20,000 bases of DNA from an uncultured virus (IMG/VR IMGVR_UViG_3300035204_001483) (lineage: Duplodnaviria; Heunggongvirae; Uroviricota; Caudoviricetes), in the IMG/VR virus record IMGVR_UViG_3300035204_001483, one strand, 5' to 3'. The first letter of the stretch is position 1, and every line of letters starts with the position of its first letter. The notes under the pieces are model-generated. The model worked only from the letters and a program-made list of their open reading frames with translations. It was not told the DNA's origin and ran no database searches. This document shows positions 15,405 to 20,000 of the stretch, piece after piece. Position numbers and translations under genes: made by a program.

Positions 15405-16421
15405 TTAATGGGAAAGTATCCCCGCTTGATATGCTCCAACCTCCTTTTTCGCTTCCTTAAGGGTACAGGGCATAACGGTTTTCACAAAGCAAAAGTCTTC
15501 TTCCTGTGAAGAATAAATTATTTGATCTAAATCTCTATTTGACAATTTTCTAAGCCCTCCAGTGCCATCTTCTTTCACTCTTTTCTCTAATTTTCTGCAC
15601 ATTTCTTCCTTCAGGCGAGTCTCTCGTGATTGTTGAAGCTCAAAATCCGAAAGGCGACAACCGCCCAATTTGGATGCTCTTTTTATTTCATCGTCGAATT
15701 CTTCAAGCTCTCGATTGGTTAGTGGAGACTCAACCATCGCTACAAGTTTATAAAAATTCCCACCATCCTTCATGAGCCATGTACCCTCCGTAACCCTTCC
15801 GTTAACTATATTATTCGCGGTATTCCAAGCAATTGGGCACATTTTGCAAAAATTAAACTGATCTCGTGTCCATTGTGAATCATCGTAGGTATAATTATGG
15901 CATCCCTCATCGATAACATGATCTAAATACTTTGCTTCCTCAACGAGACCTGCGGCTCTTTCATAAAGCTTTTCTTCGTAAGTCGGAGCAAAGTTTCTAA
16001 CTCTATCACGTAGGCTAATTTTAGAGTCGTGTTTTTCTGCTTTTTTTTCATTGTATTCCCACGACACATATTCACCTGCGAAACCTTCGTTAAAAACCCC
16101 TGCCTCGATTAAAGAATTCAGCCTTTCTTCTTCGGCTTCAGAAATGGGGTTGTAATAACTTGGTAATTCCGTATTCTCCTCCTTGCTTCTGTCTATAACC
16201 TCTTGCCAGTGCCGCTTTAATACTGTTGGGTGTACTCCCCATTTGGCTCCACGCCCTTCACTTGATTTTTTATGAGGATAAAGAGGGAAAGGTATTTGGT
16301 GGGTTCTCGATTTCTTTAAGGCATGGTCACTATAATAAACCTGAATCAAGCAATCTTTTGGAACGAAACTGCATTCACCGTCCCTTCTATTAAACCTTAA
16401 TTTATTATTTGCTGTCTTCAT
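15405..16421 (-). CDS. hypothetical protein (338 aa)
   Basis: Long ORF abutting neighbours; no family recognised. Confidence 0.8.
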   Translation of the reverse strand: MKTANNKLRFNRRDGECSFVPKDCLIQVYYSDHALKKSRTHQIPFPLYPHKKSSEGRGAKWGVHPTVLKRHWQEVIDRSKEENTELPSYYNPISEAEEERLNSLIEAGVFNEGFAGEYVSWEYNEKKAEKHDSKISLRDRVRNFAPTYEEKLYERAAGLVEEAKYLDHVIDEGCHNYTYDDSQWTRDQFNFCKMCPIAWNTANNIVNGRVTEGTWLMKDGGNFYKLVAMVESPLTNRELEEFDDEIKRASKLGGCRLSDFELQQSRETRLKEEMCRKLEKRVKEDGTGGLRKLSNRDLDQIIYSSQEEDFCFVKTVMPCTLKEAKKEVGAYQAGILSH

Positions 16422-16646
16422 TTATTTCCTTTCATCCTCCGACGTAGGTCCAGTTGTGTTGTTGTCCTCTTTAATAATAACTTCCTTCACTATTACTAAT
16501 GACGAGGGTATTCTGCCTTGAGATATCAAATAAAGAAATGCCGTCTGAAATGACGCCAAAAACAAAAGAACGCAAATGAGTGTCCTTTGAGTTCTAACTT
16601 TTTTTCTTAACTCTTCCACAGTTTTGTTTCGATTTAATGCAGACAT
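16422..16646 (-). CDS. small single-TM membrane protein
   Basis: Basic N-terminus, hydrophobic LICVLLFLASFQTAFLYLI. Confidence 0.6.
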   Translation of the reverse strand: MSALNRNKTVEELRKKVRTQRTLICVLLFLASFQTAFLYLISQGRIPSSLVIVKEVIIKEDNNTTGPTSEDERK

Positions 16647-16776
16647 CCAAACTGTTCATGGCGTTTCTAAGGTAACGTTGCTCACTCTCGGAATGCTTGC
16701 CGACTTCAGCTATTTTTTCCAGTTTGATGTAAGTCTTTTTTAGCTCTGGAAGATGTACTTTTTGCCCTCTAATCAT
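16594..16776 (-). CDS. hypothetical protein
   Basis: 60-aa ORF in the minus-strand string; 53-nt overlap with the next ORF lowers confidence. Confidence 0.45.
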   Translation of the reverse strand: MIRGQKVHLPELKKTYIKLEKIAEVGKHSESEQRYLRNAMNSLDVCIKSKQNCGRVKKKS

Positions 16777-16800
16777 TGTAAGTCGCCATTAAAGTGTCGT

Positions 16801-16973
16801 ATGTCATAATCCTCTAAAAACTTTTTGTGCTCATGTCGTAATCCCCGTGCGATTGTGTAGGTTGTGTTATAACCCTCAAAAACTCTAGACCTTCGCATAT
16901 GTTGTAATCCTCACACATCATTTGCTGTTTGTGGTAATCCTCCGATGACAAGGGCTATATGTTGCAATCCCTT
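16801..16973 (-). repeat. interspaced short-repeat array 2 (6 copies)
   Basis: Copies at 16801, 16833, 16864, 16899, 16929, 16959 (periods 32, 31, 35, 30, 30); same consensus and orientation as array 1. Confidence 0.88.
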
Positions 16974-17187
16974 AACGAGCCTTCTCAACTTGTTTAGCTA
17001 CGTCGCTAAAAGCGTTCTTACAGTAATGTTCTCCACCATCAGTGACTACTACCGTACCTGTCTTATCGTTCTTTTTGAAAGAATAGTATTCGATAAGTTT
17101 CTCTGGTTTGACGGCGTAATCATCGGTTAGTGACCGTAAATTGCCGTAACTGTTGGATTTGTATTTTTTTAGTTTTAGCGTCTTCAT
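16972..17187 (-). CDS. hypothetical protein
   Basis: 71-aa ORF between the terminator hairpin and array 2. Confidence 0.6.
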   Translation of the reverse strand: MKTLKLKKYKSNSYGNLRSLTDDYAVKPEKLIEYYSFKKNDKTGTVVVTDGGEHYCKNAFSDVAKQVEKAR

Positions 17188-17193
17188 TTTTTT

Positions 17194-17242
17194 AAAAAAT
17201 TAAAAGCGAGAGCAAGGATGAAAGGCAAGCCTTGCCCTCGCT
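17194..17242 (-). terminator. intrinsic terminator-like hairpin
   Basis: Minus strand AGCGAGGGCAAGG-N12-CCTTGCTCTCGCT (13-bp stem with one G-U) followed by TTTAATTTTTT. Confidence 0.7.
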
Positions 17243-17283
17243 ATGCATAGTTCTGCGTGACACTTCCCTATACATAAATTAAT

Positions 17284-17447
17284 GGGAGAGAGGATTCTCA
17301 TTTACCTCTATCGTTTCGGGGTCACAGCTTGAGTTTCGTGAGAAACCCTACTTTGAACCAGCCCTTATAAGCCCCCAGAGACGGTTATCTCCTGCTTACA
17401 AGCCCTGTACCTTAACTGCCGCGACAGCAGTTTATTCGGTCACTCCC
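17284..17447 (-). ncRNA. structured RNA resembling the manA RNA motif
   Basis: 5' GGGAG pairs with 3' CTCCC; starts GGGAGTGACCGAATAAAC-hairpin-GTTAAGGT; 3' stem AGAGG/CCTCT whose loop TGAGAA can pair with upstream TTCTCA. Family assignment from memory of manA, not a search. Confidence 0.6.
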
Positions 17448-17477
17448 TCCACTGGTGATCAACCAGTAGAAATTATT

Positions 17478-17822
17478 TTAAAGAACAAATATTTTAGAAT
17501 CTTCTATGAAGACTCTGGGATGATATTGATCAATATCTTTCCCGTTTTTTAAATTTACAAATTTGGGAGTCTTTCCCTTCTGTCTCTTGACCCTCACTTG
17601 GTGCTTCCACTTCGGGCGAGGGCTTTTCTTTTCTTCCAAAGAGCGAATGTCGTCTAAATCTACTTTTCCAGTAAGTGTTTGCTTGGTAATGGAAACTTCT
17701 CCCATTTCTAAAGCGTGGGTACGTTTAAGTACCGCTGGCTTATCAGCGTAACGAGCATTCTCTTTCCTGCCCTTAACTTCCAAGCACTTCTTTTTTGGGT
17801 TGTAAATTACTACTACTTGCAC
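17478..17822 (-). CDS. basic hypothetical protein
   Basis: 114 aa, GTG start preceded by AGGA. Confidence 0.65.
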   Translation of the reverse strand: MQVVVIYNPKKKCLEVKGRKENARYADKPAVLKRTHALEMGEVSITKQTLTGKVDLDDIRSLEEKKSPRPKWKHQVRVKRQKGKTPKFVNLKNGKDIDQYHPRVFIEDSKIFVL

Positions 17823-17845
17823 GTCGTTATTCCTGTGTTGTCCAG

Positions 17846-17926
17846 TTGTTGTAATCCTCTATAAATCGGATAAGGGGCAATGTTCTAATCCTCATTAGGC
17901 TCGTTCATGTGGTGTTGTAATCGCTC
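17846..17926 (-). repeat. interspaced short-repeat array 3 (3 copies, plus a degenerate one near 17821)
   Basis: Copies at 17846, 17880, 17912 (periods 34, 32). Confidence 0.8.
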
Positions 17927-18345
17927 TCTTCTAAATAGTTATCTACTTCTTCCTTTGAGGCAAAAAGCATATTCTGCCCGTCAATATAAAACGTTGCTCC
18001 ATGATACTTCATTGTGCGAATTTTCCCCCCGCTCAAAGGGGTATAAACGTCTCCAACGTATTTAGCGCATAAACCCAAATCCCTAACCTTGTAAATTTTA
18101 CCAGCTACAGGCCCATGAACCTGCTCAAAGGCTAAGGTTATTTCTTCGACATATTCTTCGGCATATTCTTCGATATCCTCGTCTACCTCTTTGGTTACCG
18201 CTTCGCATCTACCGGAAAAATCAAAATTCTCTTCTATATCTTCGTCAGTAAGGTCGCCATACTTCCAAGGTGGCGCAGCGGGTAATTTGGCTACGGGCTT
18301 TTCTTCGTAATAAACTTCAATACCCACTAGACTAGATTTTTTCAT
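17905..18345 (-). CDS. acidic hypothetical protein
   Basis: 146-aa ORF overlapping the end of the ECF sigma gene. Confidence 0.7.
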   Translation of the reverse strand: MKKSSLVGIEVYYEEKPVAKLPAAPPWKYGDLTDEDIEENFDFSGRCEAVTKEVDEDIEEYAEEYVEEITLAFEQVHGPVAGKIYKVRDLGLCAKYVGDVYTPLSGGKIRTMKYHGATFYIDGQNMLFASKEEVDNYLEESDYNTT

Positions 18346-18964
18346 GATCGATTTCTAAAACTTTTTGGGCTCTTTGTCTAGCGTAAAATAATCTAGACAT
18401 AACGGTTCCAACTGAGCACTTCATCGCTTTTGCTGCTTCTTTGTAAGTCATCTCTTCTTCTAAAACTAATTCCACTGTCTTCGCTTGGGCTGGATTAAGT
18501 TTCTTTTTTATTTTTTTAAAAATTTTATTTAAATCCCTAGCTTTTTCTTTTGCTTCTAAGTTCAAGCTGGGAAGCTTATCACTGGAAAACAGTGTACCAT
18601 CACCTTGTAAGAAGTCAAGGGGTTTTTTTTCATCATCGTCGTCTCTAGTTAAATCAGAAAAGCAGACTTCCCTTCCTCTTTTTTTGATGGTTCGCCTAAG
18701 TAAGTCGTAATGGTTGTTTTTTAGCACCCTGTAAATCCAAGTTTTGAAACTGCTTTTGAACTTAAAGGTGCTTATTTTTTGCCAACATTTTATGTAAGTT
18801 ATTTGTAGTACCTCTTCCACTTCAAAGTTTCCGTTTTTCAGAGCGGAAGAAAGAATGAACGACGAGTGCCTTTCCATCAAGACCTCAAAGGCAATTTTAT
18901 CTTTTTTCTGGCTTTTCCTGACTAGCTTTTCGTCAGAAAGTGCTTCGAGTTTTTCTCGTTTCAT
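18332..18964 (-). CDS. ECF-family RNA polymerase sigma factor (RpoE-like)
   Basis: SDEKLV, AFEVL, FKFKSSFKTWIYRV (region 2), MTYKEAAKAMKCSVGTVMSRLFYAR (region 4.2). Confidence 0.92.
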   Translation of the reverse strand: MKREKLEALSDEKLVRKSQKKDKIAFEVLMERHSSFILSSALKNGNFEVEEVLQITYIKCWQKISTFKFKSSFKTWIYRVLKNNHYDLLRRTIKKRGREVCFSDLTRDDDDEKKPLDFLQGDGTLFSSDKLPSLNLEAKEKARDLNKIFKKIKKKLNPAQAKTVELVLEEEMTYKEAAKAMKCSVGTVMSRLFYARQRAQKVLEIDHEKI

Positions 18965-18999
18965 TCAAAATTAGCCTCTCAAGTTGTCTTATCCAAAGT

Positions 19000-19014
19000 G
19001 TGTTGTAATCCTCT
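19000..19014 (-). repeat. solo copy of the array repeat
   Basis: gtgttgtaatcctct, near-consensus, intergenic upstream of the ECF sigma gene. Confidence 0.7.
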
Positions 19015-19039
19015 TCGCTCACACCGAATGAGAATATGA

Positions 19040-19255
19040 TCAACGTTTCTTTGGGGCTTTTTTTGAAGCTTTTTTTGAAGCTTTTTTCGGAAGGACTTTT
19101 TTGGAGGAAGCTTTCCTCTTTTTCCAGAGATTTTTTGCGCCGTGAGCCTTGCACAAATCATCCCACCAATCGTGGTCTTTCTTGATCTCAGGATTGTCCA
19201 TTGGGATGGTGGTTCTATGTTTGTAAACGCCTTGGTGATTGCCGTTATCGTTCAT
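19040..19255 (-). CDS. small basic protein with histone H1-like KKAS/KKAP tail
   Basis: C-terminus KKASKKASKKAPKKR encoded by 12-bp tandem repeats; sigma70-like promoter upstream. Confidence 0.6.
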   Translation of the reverse strand: MNDNGNHQGVYKHRTTIPMDNPEIKKDHDWWDDLCKAHGAKNLWKKRKASSKKVLPKKASKKASKKAPKKR

Positions 19256-19266
19256 AAATCTACATT

Positions 19267-19294
19267 AGAATACCATTTCGCAACAATAAAGCAA
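19267..19294 (-). promoter_or_regulatory. sigma70-type promoter
   Basis: Minus strand TTGCTT-N16-TATTCT with extended -10 TG. Confidence 0.45.
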
Positions 19295-19867
19295 TTAATT
19301 TTCTGGTTTTTTGTGTATTTCTGAGGGTAATAGCTCGTGAAAATGCCATTCTTGCTCTTGAGATTCGCTACCACCGCCATCTTTATTTGATTTTCCTTCT
19401 CCCCTTTGGCTTTGGCCAGCCCCTTTCTTCAACTTTCCCACGACAGGTTGCCCGCTTTTGAGCCTCGGCATAACCCCTCTCTGCAACTGTTCATGAAGCC
19501 CTCGGCTGTATTTTAACCCATGTAAGCGAGGTTCTACCTTTTCTTTTTGGTAGCCAAAAAACCTAGCTAAAAGATTAGATTCAGGTTCGCCCGCCGACTC
19601 CAACAGAACATAAATTCTACCGTCAAATTCAGTAAATTTATTTGGCTCTTTGATGATAACCCAGTGAATGAGTACCTTTTCTGGTATGTCGCCTTCGTTA
19701 GCTGGCCACCCCAAAAAAGAGTGGATAGATGACCAGAAAATAATAGTAAAAATACAAAAAACAGAGATACACGCTGTCTTAATGTACCACTTCAACGACG
19801 ATTCGTTTAATACCCAAAAGGTCAAGCCACCAAACACTAATAATAAAATTGGTAATGCTATATTCAT
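19295..19867 (-). CDS. membrane-anchored hypothetical protein (2 N-terminal TMs)
   Basis: 190 aa, two hydrophobic helices then a soluble domain (GWP, KEP, EPR). Confidence 0.75.
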   Translation of the reverse strand: MNIALPILLLVFGGLTFWVLNESSLKWYIKTACISVFCIFTIIFWSSIHSFLGWPANEGDIPEKVLIHWVIIKEPNKFTEFDGRIYVLLESAGEPESNLLARFFGYQKEKVEPRLHGLKYSRGLHEQLQRGVMPRLKSGQPVVGKLKKGAGQSQRGEGKSNKDGGGSESQEQEWHFHELLPSEIHKKPEN

Positions 19868-20000
19868 TCTTTTCTCGTGCTTTCCATAAGAGCCTTGACG
19901 CTTTTAACACAAAAGCCTTTATTCGTTGAGCCTCGTTTAATAAGCTCATAGATTACCCCCGTCAGTTCCGAGGGCTGAGAGAAGACTTGTACGAGATTAT
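19864..20000 (-). CDS. C-terminal part of a second VOC/HglS-like protein (paralog of 10924..11487), 5' end outside the window
   Basis: Hand translation ...NLVQVFSQPSELTGVIYELIKRGSTNKGFCVKSVKALMESTRKE-stop aligns with LTQVFTKPSELTGVIYELINRTGQGFCKDNVKNLMESTKGQ. Confidence 0.85.
   Translation of the reverse strand, partial: NLVQVFSQPSELTGVIYELIKRGSTNKGFCVKSVKALMESTRKE

Noticed and set aside
16899..16918. Resemblance of the repeat (GAGGAUUAC..CAU) to the MS2 coat operator hairpin
   Set aside because: The required stem is not conserved across copies; likely coincidental
18933..19161. Alternative-frame ORFs 18933..19154 and 18979..19161, or a programmed frameshift
   Set aside because: All frames stay open because of the stop-free 12-bp A-rich repeat; 19040..19255 has the ATG and promoter
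1..20000. Alternative genetic code
   Set aside because: Conserved genes are full length under code 11 and TAA, TAG and TGA all appear as genuine stops

Overview
Gene-dense, AT-rich, mostly minus-strand region that looks like part of a large (jumbo-type) bacteriophage genome. This is inferred from many small, translationally coupled hypothetical ORFs interspersed with host-like genes, two HNH-type nucleases and a holin-like protein; no capsid or terminase gene is in the window. Recognisable genes: a tmRNA with an unusually long tag (1978-2388), two SAM methyltransferases, a metabolic cluster (VOC/HglS-like, aldehyde dehydrogenase, HAD phosphatase, pyruvoyl decarboxylase, saccharopine/lysine-6-dehydrogenase family), signal peptidase I, an RpoD-like and an ECF sigma factor, a nucleoside deoxyribosyltransferase-like gene, and a manA-like structured RNA followed by a terminator. 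The most striking unexplained structure is a family of about 20 co-oriented short repeats (minus-strand consensus [GTTTTT]AGAGGATT(A/G)CAACAT) separated by unique spacers. They form three mini-arrays (1663-1976, 16801-16973, 17846-17926) plus solo copies, and the largest array starts directly after the tmRNA CCA end. No cas gene is visible. Several sub-60-aa ORFs missed by the ORF track were translated by hand, including a metallothionein-like lipoprotein.
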